Below, piece by piece: positions 40,625 through 49,379 of a DNA stretch of 64,000 nt. Positions within the stretch are counted from its first letter, which is position 1; each line of letters opens with the position of its first letter. A program made the translations under genes and the position numbers. The notes beneath the pieces are model-generated. The model was not told the DNA's origin. It saw only the letters and a program-made list of their open reading frames with translations, and did not search any database. This DNA is from a virus (Duplodnaviria > Caudoviricetes), in the IMG/VR virus record IMGVR_UViG_3300042389_000329, positions 575 through 64,574 of that record. One strand, given 5' to 3'.

Positions 40625-41596
40625 TTAGTTATTGCGTCTCCAACCATACCTATTAGTGCGATTGGGTAGTTCGTACATGTTAAATCTGTTCAGGTCATTC
40701 TTAATCCTACGTTGCTTAGCCCAAGGATCTTGCTTCTTAATCTCGATATCAGCCATGATGAAGGCTTCCTCAGCCTGCTGTTTGTAATATGCAAGCTTCT
40801 GTTGGAGCTGATTAAAGGTTTCATCATTAGTCTGATTGGTGAGAGTTTCCATCATTTTAAACTTGATGAAAGCCTCAATGTACTCCCTGATACGGAAGTT
40901 GTTGGGAATCAATTGATTACCAGCAGCATCGTATTCTGTAGCATAGAAAATCAGGTGTACAACACCATTACGGAAGTTGGTAACAAACTTATTATCTCTA
41001 ATGTCAAATGAGTCATACCCAGCAGAACCAGGAGTGAACTCACGAAGAGGGGGAGCTTCTGAATAGAACTCCCAGTTATTGGTATATTCCACACCACAAT
41101 TCTTTTGTGCGGAGATATTACCAGGCTTGAGTAGATATTCCCTACGATATAGTACAGGGGCTTGGTTGTTTGTTTTGTACACTGTCTGAATAATCTCAGG
41201 CATACAAGATCCATCACATCCCACATTACCGCAACAAGGGCTAGGAATGGGACAGTCTGTAGTGATGGGACTCACCTGTATAGTTGTGGCTGTTGCAGCC
41301 TGTGAATAGAATGAGTTAGCCTGTTGATAGGGAAAACCATTTACAGCTGTACAAAGCCATGCTTCACGAACAGCATAAAAGTTATCTGGGAGCCTAGCTT
41401 CGTAGTCACAGATGTTCAACACCTCCTCCTGAATAACATACGTTGCTCTACCCAACTTTCTGAGACACTTGTCTAGATAGGTGGGGAAAATAAGGTCATC
41501 AATAGCCCCTGTATCGAAGTAGCTTTTAAACTCTTCCTTTACAGTGGAATAGACAACATCAGGAGAGATGAAGTTATATTTGTAATAGTATGACAT
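40625..41596 (-). CDS. Tail tubular / ring protein (P22 gp4-like, 323 aa)
   Basis: Position between the IHF-like gene and the muzzle. ARLPDNF..V and FVTNF..G.V.LI.Y...D..G..LIP motifs. Confidence 0.7.
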   Translation of the reverse strand: MSYYYKYNFISPDVVYSTVKEEFKSYFDTGAIDDLIFPTYLDKCLRKLGRATYVIQEEVLNICDYEARLPDNFYAVREAWLCTAVNGFPYQQANSFYSQAATATTIQVSPITTDCPIPSPCCGNVGCDGSCMPEIIQTVYKTNNQAPVLYRREYLLKPGNISAQKNCGVEYTNNWEFYSEAPPLREFTPGSAGYDSFDIRDNKFVTNFRNGVVHLIFYATEYDAAGNQLIPNNFRIREYIEAFIKFKMMETLTNQTNDETFNQLQQKLAYYKQQAEEAFIMADIEIKKQDPWAKQRRIKNDLNRFNMYELPNRTNRYGWRRNN

Positions 41597-41601
41597 CTAG
41601 T

Positions 41602-42078
41602 TTACTTTTTCCATTCGTTATAGACGTGCTGATATCTATCATCCGTCATTAAATAGTGAGATAACAACCTTGATGTGGTTCTGGAGGGTTTAAAATACCA
41701 CAGTTGTGAATGTCTAAATCTTGCTGTTTTCTTAAACCACATCCAACCAAAGAAATAACCTTCTGTATGAAAGTTGAAATTGTAGATACGCTTACCCTTC
41801 TCTTTTGTCTTCTTCCAGTCTATAGGTAGATTAACAAACTCTTTACCATCCACCCCCTTCATCTTTCTACGCTTCTTTTTGTTAATAGAGAACTCACCAA
41901 ACCCATATGGAAGTCTTGCTCTTTCTCCTGTCTCAAGGATGTATTCTTTGAAAGCCTCGTTATAGGTGTAGACAATGTTTCGCCATTCGTCAAACGTAAG
42001 TTTGATAGATGGGTTCTTTTTGCAGAAGTGATTGTAGTTATCTTTGCTGGCGCTTCTCCAGTCTATTTTAACTCGCAT
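41602..42078 (-). CDS. IHF/HU-like DNA-binding protein of the crAss-like tail block (158 aa)
   Basis: ILETGERARLPYGFGEFSI, PIDWKKTK and N.HTEGY motifs; basic protein. Confidence 0.75.
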   Translation of the reverse strand: MRVKIDWRSASKDNYNHFCKKNPSIKLTFDEWRNIVYTYNEAFKEYILETGERARLPYGFGEFSINKKKRRKMKGVDGKEFVNLPIDWKKTKEKGKRIYNFNFHTEGYFFGWMWFKKTARFRHSQLWYFKPSRTTSRLLSHYLMTDDRYQHVYNEWKK

Positions 42079-42080
42079 TA

Positions 42081-42809
42081 TTATCTAGTGTTTGGAACAT
42101 TAGGTGCTTGACCATCAACTCCATCACTTGTAATATCTGTCTTCAATTTGAAGTAGGTGGATAGTAACTTCTGAGAAGTTAGCTCTAACACTTGCTTTTC
42201 TAGGTAACCAGGAACAGGAGACTCTTTATCAAGAGGGTTCTTGCAAAGTTCTTCTGTTGTATATTCTGGTGTGCCACAGCCACATTCTGGGAACATAATG
42301 GAATTTGGAACATCCTCCTCGAACAAAGCAACAAGTCTGATGGCTTTCAGAAGGGGGTTGTTCACATAAAGGTACCCATTAGTAATCCAGTAGTATTCTT
42401 CCTTCTTGATGATAGGAAGCTTAAGCAAGTTAATATATCTATTGATGGTTATTTCCTTTAGTTTCTTTCCTTGCCCGCTCATTGCATTGATTGAGTAGAC
42501 ACCCTGAATAACATACTGATAGTTACCCTCTGTGATGCGAGGAAGCTTGAATTTAGTTCTAGCTACGGAACAAGGATCAGAATATTCACAACATTCAGAA
42601 ATAGGAACCTCCACCATCTCCAGACAGGGAATGGTGGTGAACACTGTATCAGTGGCCCAAAGCTTCCTCAGATTAGTCTCACGTTTGATAAGGAGGAAGG
42701 CATTGTTCTTAATCTCAGACATGACAGCCCTATCCGTGATCAAGTTGTCTGTAGACAGCAACTTGTGCATGGAGCGCACATCTGAAACTAATTTCCTAAA
42801 AGTTGACAT
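42081..42809 (-). CDS. Tail ring / adaptor protein (242 aa)
   Basis: Position in the tail block. IPCLEM.EV...ECC, RTK.KLP and YYWITNGYLY motifs. Confidence 0.6.
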   Translation of the reverse strand: MSTFRKLVSDVRSMHKLLSTDNLITDRAVMSEIKNNAFLLIKRETNLRKLWATDTVFTTIPCLEMVEVPISECCEYSDPCSVARTKFKLPRITEGNYQYVIQGVYSINAMSGQGKKLKEITINRYINLLKLPIIKKEEYYWITNGYLYVNNPLLKAIRLVALFEEDVPNSIMFPECGCGTPEYTTEELCKNPLDKESPVPGYLEKQVLELTSQKLLSTYFKLKTDITSDGVDGQAPNVPNTR

Positions 42810-44059
42810 TATAAATACTGTTTGAATATGTTTGTTATTCCATAATCAAAGTCTATGAGGAATCCAGTCACTTCACCTTTAGCTATTGTGTAGCCATTCT
42901 TATCATCCCAACCACTTTTGGCTGTAGAGAAAGCAGGAAGCTGGAAGAACTTAATACCGTTAAAATCCAAGCTCACCTCGTGGTGTTTGTCTCCTGTGAA
43001 GATGTAGAAGTTATCATGGTCAGACCATGCTTCTTTATACTCCATAGGAAACAGACCAGCTAGTTTGGCAGGTTTCAAAGCATCCCCATGATTGAACATC
43101 ATGGCTGAGTTTCCGTAGCTAACATACTTTCTATATCTTGGAGATATATCAAAGAAGACACGATCTTCATTTCTAAAGTAGGTTTCTAACCAGCTAGCTA
43201 AGTGCCATCCTACAAACTCATCGTGGTTACCAGCTACAAATATCACATCTACATCCCCACCCTTCTGAAGCAGAAGATTTATCACACTCACTTCATGGTC
43301 ACATATTGCTTGGAAAGCAGTGTGATAGGAAAGGATGTTCTGTTGGGGTGTACCCTTTGTAGTTGTATTGGTGAACTCACTATTGAATTCGTCAGACCCA
43401 ATTATGTATTTAATATCTGTAACATTGTTAGAAAGAGCAGCTTGATTAAGGATTGTTTCTACCTTCTGAATGTAGGTGGCAAATCTTTCCTCAATATCGT
43501 TGTTCCCTTCTATATCTAACTTGTTCAGATGGGAGTCTTGTTTATTGATTACCAAACAAGCCTCTGCTTTAGATGACTCAAACTTAGGAGCCATTATTTC
43601 GGGAGATACTGGTTGGTAAGTCTTTAAAAACGAAATGAACGAGTCTTGGAAAACTTGTTCATTCTTCTTCTTACCCAACCAGGCCTTCACCTGGTAATAA
43701 GGGTGTTCAATATTCCCCCAGTAGTTTTGGACGTATTTAGTTATCTCCCACTTGTCTGTATCAATCTTACACTTTTCAATTAAATCCTCTAAACTCTTAA
43801 TCTCTTCTTTAGTGTTTACCACTATCTCACCTGTCCCTTTCTGCACATCCTCAATAAACCTAACAATTGTATCCTCTAGCTCTCCGATATAGTTTCCAAC
43901 CTCTGCCTCATTTTCCACAGCTTCTGCATTTCTTAGTTCTCTAATCAATGCATCCACCTCATCCTCAGTGATTTGTAGTTTGTCTGCATAGAACTTCTTG
44001 CTCTTTTTCCAGTGAAGCATTTGCTCCAGCTGGTGCAGAAGGGATTGATTTTCAGGCAT
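42809..44059 (-). CDS. Calcineurin-like metallophosphoesterase with N-terminal HTH-like region (416 aa)
   Basis: DSH, GSD.FN, VAGNHD, FNHGD and TGDKHH motifs. Confidence 0.8.
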   Translation of the reverse strand: MPENQSLLHQLEQMLHWKKSKKFYADKLQITEDEVDALIRELRNAEAVENEAEVGNYIGELEDTIVRFIEDVQKGTGEIVVNTKEEIKSLEDLIEKCKIDTDKWEITKYVQNYWGNIEHPYYQVKAWLGKKKNEQVFQDSFISFLKTYQPVSPEIMAPKFESSKAEACLVINKQDSHLNKLDIEGNNDIEERFATYIQKVETILNQAALSNNVTDIKYIIGSDEFNSEFTNTTTKGTPQQNILSYHTAFQAICDHEVSVINLLLQKGGDVDVIFVAGNHDEFVGWHLASWLETYFRNEDRVFFDISPRYRKYVSYGNSAMMFNHGDALKPAKLAGLFPMEYKEAWSDHDNFYIFTGDKHHEVSLDFNGIKFFQLPAFSTAKSGWDDKNGYTIAKGEVTGFLIDFDYGITNIFKQYL

Positions 44060-44087
44060 TTATGATTTAGTTTAGTTAAAATTACCG

Positions 44088-44119
44088 TAAAGGTACGAAA
44101 GTTTTTAATAATTTCCAAA
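44088..44119 (-). promoter_or_regulatory. Bacteroidota-type promoter (TTTG-N20-TACCTTTA)
   Basis: One mismatch to TAnnTTTG, exact -33 TTTG, and located just after a terminator. Confidence 0.55.
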
Positions 44120-44167
44120 TTATTTTAACCACTCTGGTTAGTGTGGATAACTAAGTTAGTTATAAAT

Positions 44168-44199
44168 AAAAAACTCCCAGGGGTAGAAACCCCCAGGAG
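44168..44199 (-). terminator. Intrinsic terminator
   Basis: Minus strand CTCCTGGGGG-TTTCTA-CCCCTGGGAG followed by T6. Confidence 0.8.
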
Positions 44200-44237
44200 A
44201 AACCCTGAAAACCAACAAACAGGGCTTTTTGATATCA

Positions 44238-44744
44238 TTAAGAACAACCCTCACACTCACCACTGCTGGTGCAATTGGTGGTTGATGTACATGGATATAT
44301 GGTTAGAGAAAATCCTGTTGGAATGGATGGTGAACACACTTGTGTATTCAACCCAGCTCCCAGTGAATATGTTTCAGGTTCCACCTTACCACAATCCACA
44401 TAGGTATAATTTAGAGGACCGCCAGTCTCATTCAAGATGTGGTAGCACAAACACTCAAGAGGAGCAGCTGTGGTAGTAGTGGTGGTTGTACTACTTGATG
44501 TAGTGGTAGTTGTACTACAATCACCTCCAACTGTAATATCTATGTAATTGGTACACAACCCATTATCAGACATCACTCTTATAATAGTGGTTCCATTTGG
44601 AACTGAGGATGTTAAATATCCTGCTAGGAGAGACGCCTTACTCACCCCTGTTTCAAAAGCTGATACAAACCCATCAACATCTGAGTAGAGATTGAATGGG
44701 CCTGTATCAGTTCCAGCTGTTGTTAATGTTATTATTACAATCAC
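44238..44744 (-). CDS. Virion surface protein: Ig-like domain + poly-Thr linker + Cys-rich module (168 aa)
   Basis: GTG start, TGPFNLYSD...GVSKASL domain, T-tract, and CLCY..N.T...Y.DC module. Confidence 0.65.
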   Translation of the reverse strand: MIVIITLTTAGTDTGPFNLYSDVDGFVSAFETGVSKASLLAGYLTSSVPNGTTIIRVMSDNGLCTNYIDITVGGDCSTTTTTSSSTTTTTTTAAPLECLCYHILNETGGPLNYTYVDCGKVEPETYSLGAGLNTQVCSPSIPTGFSLTIYPCTSTTNCTSSGECEGCS

Positions 44745-44750
44745 AAGTTA

Positions 44751-45251
44751 TTAGATTAACGTTGTTGTTGTAGTGGTGGTTGGACATGCTCCAACATTTG
44801 CAAGGCTAACACCAGGCACTGGAGGCACAACTACTGTTCCTGTGCAAGCACAGATGTAGATGGTGCTAGGACCAGCAACAGATGTTTGTACAAACACTCC
44901 ACCACATGCATAATATGTAATATCAACACTAGAAACAGTGGAATTTGTTACAGAGTAGAACTCACAAGAAGGACATGCAATTGTTGTTGTAGTGGTAGTT
45001 GTAGAGCTAGTGCTTGTGGTAGTGGTAGTGGTTGTTAAACTATTTACCAGTGTTTGAAGAGCTGTAATTTGACTCTGCAAATCACAAACCTCTTCATCTA
45101 TTTTTTGTAAAGACACAGTCACTGTATCACATGCATGAATTCCTGTACAAGGCAGATTAGGGCCACTATAGCACACATTATCTGTTGGTGTACATGGAAC
45201 ATTACAAGGATCTACAACAGGAGCGTAGTTAGGTTGATTGCAACAAGACAT
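44751..45251 (-). CDS. Cys-rich fibre/adaptor with poly-Thr tracts (166 aa)
   Basis: VCYSGPNLPCTGI..D..SLQKID module, short coiled coil, T-tracts and Cys module. Confidence 0.65.
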   Translation of the reverse strand: MSCCNQPNYAPVVDPCNVPCTPTDNVCYSGPNLPCTGIHACDTVTVSLQKIDEEVCDLQSQITALQTLVNSLTTTTTTTSTSSTTTTTTTIACPSCEFYSVTNSTVSSVDITYYACGGVFVQTSVAGPSTIYICACTGTVVVPPVPGVSLANVGACPTTTTTTTLI

Positions 45252-45271
45252 TATATAATTATTTTAAACTA

Positions 45272-46396
45272 TTAAGGAATATACATGATGTAGTAACAAC
45301 CAAGACCAGGTTGGAAGTTAGAGTGAGCTAATCCTCCTCCTGTAGAAGAAATTGCTTTATCAGTAATGGTGATACCAGTTGTTTTGGAGTTAGTGATTCC
45401 AATATCAGGAGTTCCTGCTGCACCAGCTAAAAGATAACTAGAATTATCACCATAAGTCTTTTCTTTGGCAATTGGAGTGGTTGCTGTAATAGTTACACCA
45501 GTTCCTGATAATACTGTAAAGTGGGTGTGTCCAGGATCACTAATTTGAGGATCTGTTGTGTGCGTGTGAGCAGGAATCTGAGCAGTGGTGAGTACAATAG
45601 AGTTAGCTCCTTGTGCCCCTAATAATGTATAAGTGGGATTTCCAGCAACCGAAGGATTAACAGCAGGGTTCATAGGTCCTCCACCCATGGTGTTATCTGT
45701 AACACCAACACCTACACGCCCTCTTTTATCAGGGGTACCATTGTTACCATTACAGAGGTAGATTTTATCCCAAGCACCAAGACCTTTACCACTGGTATCA
45801 AAGTTACCACTTATTGTACCATAGTATTCAACAACAGTGAAAGGCACCATTCTATCCTTGTAGGAAGCAGGAGGAGCAGGTGGTGTACAAGCTGCCACCA
45901 AAGCACAGAGCTCTGACTTCTTTACATAATTAGTTTCAACATCCAACACAAATGCATCAAAATCAACAATGTGTGCACAAAGCTTTGTAATTACTGCCTG
46001 AAGGATGGCATGAGTTCCAGAATTAGAATCTACACCAGTGAGACATCCCACCGTGTAAGGTCCTTCTAGTGCAGCAAAGTCACCTTCTAGTGTAGTGAGT
46101 CGTGTGTCAAGCTCACAAACAGCCTTGATGATGGCACTAATTACATTGGGAAGTGTAAGGTCTTCACAAGCAACCAGGTTTTTATTTACAATATCACATA
46201 TGATTGCGGGGTTGATGGTCAAGTTGATTCCTGTACCATCTAGTGTAGAGGTGAGAAACTCAATCAGTGCTTGTTCAACATACGAAAGAGAATCACCATT
46301 TTTGATTCCTAGAATGGCAACATCAACTCCTGTATATCGTACGCATTGATCGGAAACAATCTCTGCACATCCATTAAAACAATTAGAACAAGACAT
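45272..46396 (-). CDS. Fibre protein with tail-collar domain (374 aa)
   Basis: YLCNGNNGTPDKRGRV.VG...GA...LT..QIPAHTH...TGGG.AH.N.QP collar-domain signature. Confidence 0.8.
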   Translation of the reverse strand: MSCSNCFNGCAEIVSDQCVRYTGVDVAILGIKNGDSLSYVEQALIEFLTSTLDGTGINLTINPAIICDIVNKNLVACEDLTLPNVISAIIKAVCELDTRLTTLEGDFAALEGPYTVGCLTGVDSNSGTHAILQAVITKLCAHIVDFDAFVLDVETNYVKKSELCALVAACTPPAPPASYKDRMVPFTVVEYYGTISGNFDTSGKGLGAWDKIYLCNGNNGTPDKRGRVGVGVTDNTMGGGPMNPAVNPSVAGNPTYTLLGAQGANSIVLTTAQIPAHTHTTDPQISDPGHTHFTVLSGTGVTITATTPIAKEKTYGDNSSYLLAGAAGTPDIGITNSKTTGITITDKAISSTGGGLAHSNFQPGLGCYYIMYIP

Positions 46397-46663
46397 TTAT
46401 TTAGAATTTAGAATTTTAACTCTGCTTGCAATCATGTTTACAGTGAATGCAGCGGCATAATTTGGATTACAAAGTTTGTAAACAAGAATTCTCCTGTAGT
46501 TGAGCAAGTCTAACATTGCTCCTCCAGGTACGGGTTGGTTCAGAATGTAAACAATATTGTTGTATAGATTACCTGCTAGATTGGCTAGCTTACAATCTAT
46601 TTCAGCAATAAGTGCAGGAATACTAGCGCACTCTGGACAGCTGGTAAGCCTTGGTGATAACAT
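46397..46663 (-). CDS. Small structural protein (88 aa)
   Basis: ATG start, abuts the downstream gene, and sits in the structural operon. Confidence 0.6.
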   Translation of the reverse strand: MLSPRLTSCPECASIPALIAEIDCKLANLAGNLYNNIVYILNQPVPGGAMLDLLNYRRILVYKLCNPNYAAAFTVNMIASRVKILNSK

Positions 46664-46775
46664 TTGTTATAATTTTTCGTCCTTGTTTAGTAGCTGCATT
46701 ACACAGTCCACAAAGACCGTTAATCAATTGACATCCACACCCAACGTTAGCTCCACAATTTCGACACTTTGCCAT
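46623..46775 (-). CDS. Small Cys-rich protein, 50 aa (not in ORF track)
   Basis: MAKCRNCGANVGCGCQLINGLCGLCNAATKQGRKIITNVITKAYQLSRVR*. Its ATG lies 1 nt after the upstream stop and it fills the gap. Confidence 0.7.
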   Translation of the reverse strand: MAKCRNCGANVGCGCQLINGLCGLCNAATKQGRKIITNVITKAYQLSRVR

Positions 46776-46776
46776 A

Positions 46777-47340
46777 TTAGTAGAAGTTTATTACGTAGTT
46801 ATTTCCAGAGCATCCGCAGTTGTTCTTGAGGAAGTTGTTAAGCATCATGTCAGCTTGATTATACAACTTCATAGCCTCATTCGTAGCACAATTGTTAGCT
46901 GCAGCTATAGATCCTTGGATGAAGAAGTATATGGAGGTGAGGTCCACCTTAGCTTGGGTTTTGATAGCTCTATCACATTCCATCATATCAAGCTTCATGA
47001 AAGCGTTATCAAATTTCTCTTGTAGCTTATCCACACGCATGATGGACTTCTCTACGAAGTTTTTATATGCAGGGGCTACAGAATACCTTAAATGATAAAC
47101 CCCGTCAGGTAGTGGTTGGTCCACTCCTACAGGGCTAAGTCCTAGATTTGATGTAGTGAATACATTAAAGTCATTAACACTGAACGGTTTAATCACCACT
47201 CCAAAACCAGGAACATTGATTTCAATAGTTGCTCCAGAAACAACAGGGGGATCTGTAGGATAGACAGATGCATCAGCAACACCTAGTGTTTGTACATTGT
47301 ACGTAGGAATTACTAATATATCTAATTTTATATCTGTCAT
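46777..47340 (-). CDS. Structural protein, possible tail hub / fibre-attachment protein (187 aa)
   Basis: LPDGVY.LRYSV motif followed by a helical Cys-containing tail; position after the auxiliary capsid gene. Confidence 0.5.
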   Translation of the reverse strand: MTDIKLDILVIPTYNVQTLGVADASVYPTDPPVVSGATIEINVPGFGVVIKPFSVNDFNVFTTSNLGLSPVGVDQPLPDGVYHLRYSVAPAYKNFVEKSIMRVDKLQEKFDNAFMKLDMMECDRAIKTQAKVDLTSIYFFIQGSIAAANNCATNEAMKLYNQADMMLNNFLKNNCGCSGNNYVINFY

Positions 47341-47348
47341 GTTGCTTC

Positions 47349-47398
47349 AAATAAATAAGCCAGAGGATCTGAGTTTGTATCCTCTCACCTCTGGCTTA
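47349..47398 (-). terminator. Intrinsic terminator / hairpin after auxiliary capsid gene
   Basis: 11-bp stem TAAGCCAGAGG (47356-47366) / CCTCTGGCTTA (47388-47398), followed by TTTATTT on the minus strand. Confidence 0.7.
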
Positions 47399-47429
47399 GG
47401 TTAATATAATATTTGTATCTATTCTACTA

Positions 47430-48617
47430 TTACGGAATCAGAGTTGATGTGGTAGTAGTAGAAGGCCATACAGTGGTGGTGGTAGATGTAGTGGTGATAC
47501 AAGAGTTATCAGCAGTTACAGCGCCCAGACCAGCAACAAGAACAGCCTCAATGAGTCCACCGATAGGATTAGCAGAACCATTGCTTTGTGTTTGAGGAAC
47601 AGCAAGGATTACAGTGCTATCTTCATAGATGTAGTCACCCCACTGATACTCAGACTTGTTATACTCGTTGAACTTGATGTAATAACTGTCATAAGTAACA
47701 CCGTCACTTACCCAGCTTTCAAAGTTCTCGTTGTAGCCATTCATTCTGTAGAGGTGCTTCAAGTAACCAGCTTGGTAGCTGTAGAAGTTCTTCTCCAGTT
47801 GAGCAATCTCAGCAGAAGTACCAACAGCGTAAGAAGAACGCTGGATAATCACTGGATCAGCTACAGTGTTACAAGGATCTGCTACAATGAAGTCAGCAGT
47901 TGTTGCAGGTCCACTAAACACGAATGTACGGAACCACATACGGTCATACTCGAAAGGAAACGCTGCTACATCACAAGGCTGACCATATTTGGTAAGAGGC
48001 TTACCAGTGATACGCAAGAAAGCGTTTTGGTCGTTACCAATTCTCTGGAACTGATAGAAGTCAGAGAAAGTGATGTTGTCAGGATTGTTACCAGGAGCTT
48101 GATAGTTCAAATGAATGATGATGTCATCAATCAAAGCAGGTACATCCACGATATCACAAGGATCACCACCGCAATCGCAACAAGGTGCATTTACAGTTAC
48201 TGAACGAGTGAAACCGTTGAAATACAGGGTATCCAGGTAGCTAGAGTGAGCACGAAGTGTTAAGGTAACAATGTCACCACACTGTACGTTCCAGTTTACC
48301 ACATCTGTAACCTGAGTTACAGGAGTAGGACAACCTTGTACTTTGTACCACTGAGTCACGTTGCTGTTGCAACCAGTTCCTGAGGGGCAGCCTTTAATTT
48401 TATCTGAACGCTTAGAGCCTTGCAGATAAGTGTTTGTACGGCCCTGCGCAATATAGAAATAGGGAGCTGCAGCGATATTCGCAGCAGTGGCAAGTGTGTA
48501 ATCATTTCTGAAGATACCCACCTGGCCAGCGCTCAAGTTTTGCGTAGATCCAGAGCTAGGAAGCGCAGTTTGTCCTACTGGTACTACGAAGAGCGTAGTT
48601 AATGAAAAATCAGCCAT
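47430..48617 (-). CDS. Probable auxiliary capsid / decoration protein with poly-Thr C-terminal tail (395 aa)
   Basis: Position three genes after the MCP, own terminator suggesting high expression, and beta-rich composition. Confidence 0.6.
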   Translation of the reverse strand: MADFSLTTLFVVPVGQTALPSSGSTQNLSAGQVGIFRNDYTLATAANIAAAPYFYIAQGRTNTYLQGSKRSDKIKGCPSGTGCNSNVTQWYKVQGCPTPVTQVTDVVNWNVQCGDIVTLTLRAHSSYLDTLYFNGFTRSVTVNAPCCDCGGDPCDIVDVPALIDDIIIHLNYQAPGNNPDNITFSDFYQFQRIGNDQNAFLRITGKPLTKYGQPCDVAAFPFEYDRMWFRTFVFSGPATTADFIVADPCNTVADPVIIQRSSYAVGTSAEIAQLEKNFYSYQAGYLKHLYRMNGYNENFESWVSDGVTYDSYYIKFNEYNKSEYQWGDYIYEDSTVILAVPQTQSNGSANPIGGLIEAVLVAGLGAVTADNSCITTTSTTTTVWPSTTTTSTLIP

Positions 48618-48647
48618 TTTGCTTTATTTTAGGTGATTAAAAAATAT

Positions 48648-49379
48648 TTATTCGTTTGTCTGAATTCTGTATATCGAGTTTTGTACAGCGGATTGATTCT
48701 CAGTGTACATTGCTAGGTTTTGTACTGTTAAGTCTAACAGTTCATCCTCCAGATAAAGTTCAAGTTCGCAATCTTCGTCAAATGATGGTTGGCCATCTAA
48801 CATTACATATCCTGTCTTATTGATATACTTAGGATATCTCATGTAAGACATATATATCTTACTAGGAGTGAAGGTACCATCTGTGAAGATGGATATTTCA
48901 TCTGTCGAAAGGAAGTTGAAAGTCTCTTGATATTCAAAAGAAGGCTTATAGTGAGTGTTGTTCAAAATGAACTGTAAGTCACCGTGCTTAGCCAAGTCCC
49001 TGTTAATCCAGATCTTTCTGTCCTTACACACCCCTTTGTCAGCTAGTACATATGCATCAATATAGAACATGTACTTAGGAACAAGTAGGTGCAGATTAGC
49101 AAACCATTGATTTAGTTCAGCGTTCTTGAGGGTGAGATCAAGAGGTTGACTGTTGTAAGTGACCACTAAGCTTTGGAGGTCCTCATAACGCTTCTTAAAA
49201 GCATCGAGTCCCATCCCACTCACCACACTAAAACCATCAACCTTTTGTTTTATCAGCTTAATCTGGGCCTCATTGAGAGCCAGAATTTTATCTTCTAAGT
49301 TTATTTGCTGGTGTATGTTGGTCGATAGTTTATTTAGTTTTTGGTCAATCTTATATAATAAACTATCTACTGGTATCAT
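48648..49379 (-). CDS. Head-tail ring/adaptor protein (243 aa)
   Basis: LNEAQ..LIK, KR.EDLQ.LV, Y.RYP and CEL...L.DE..DL.V motifs; crAss-like position after the MCP block. Confidence 0.65.
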   Translation of the reverse strand: MIPVDSLLYKIDQKLNKLSTNIHQQINLEDKILALNEAQIKLIKQKVDGFSVVSGMGLDAFKKRYEDLQSLVVTYNSQPLDLTLKNAELNQWFANLHLLVPKYMFYIDAYVLADKGVCKDRKIWINRDLAKHGDLQFILNNTHYKPSFEYQETFNFLSTDEISIFTDGTFTPSKIYMSYMRYPKYINKTGYVMLDGQPSFDEDCELELYLEDELLDLTVQNLAMYTENQSAVQNSIYRIQTNE

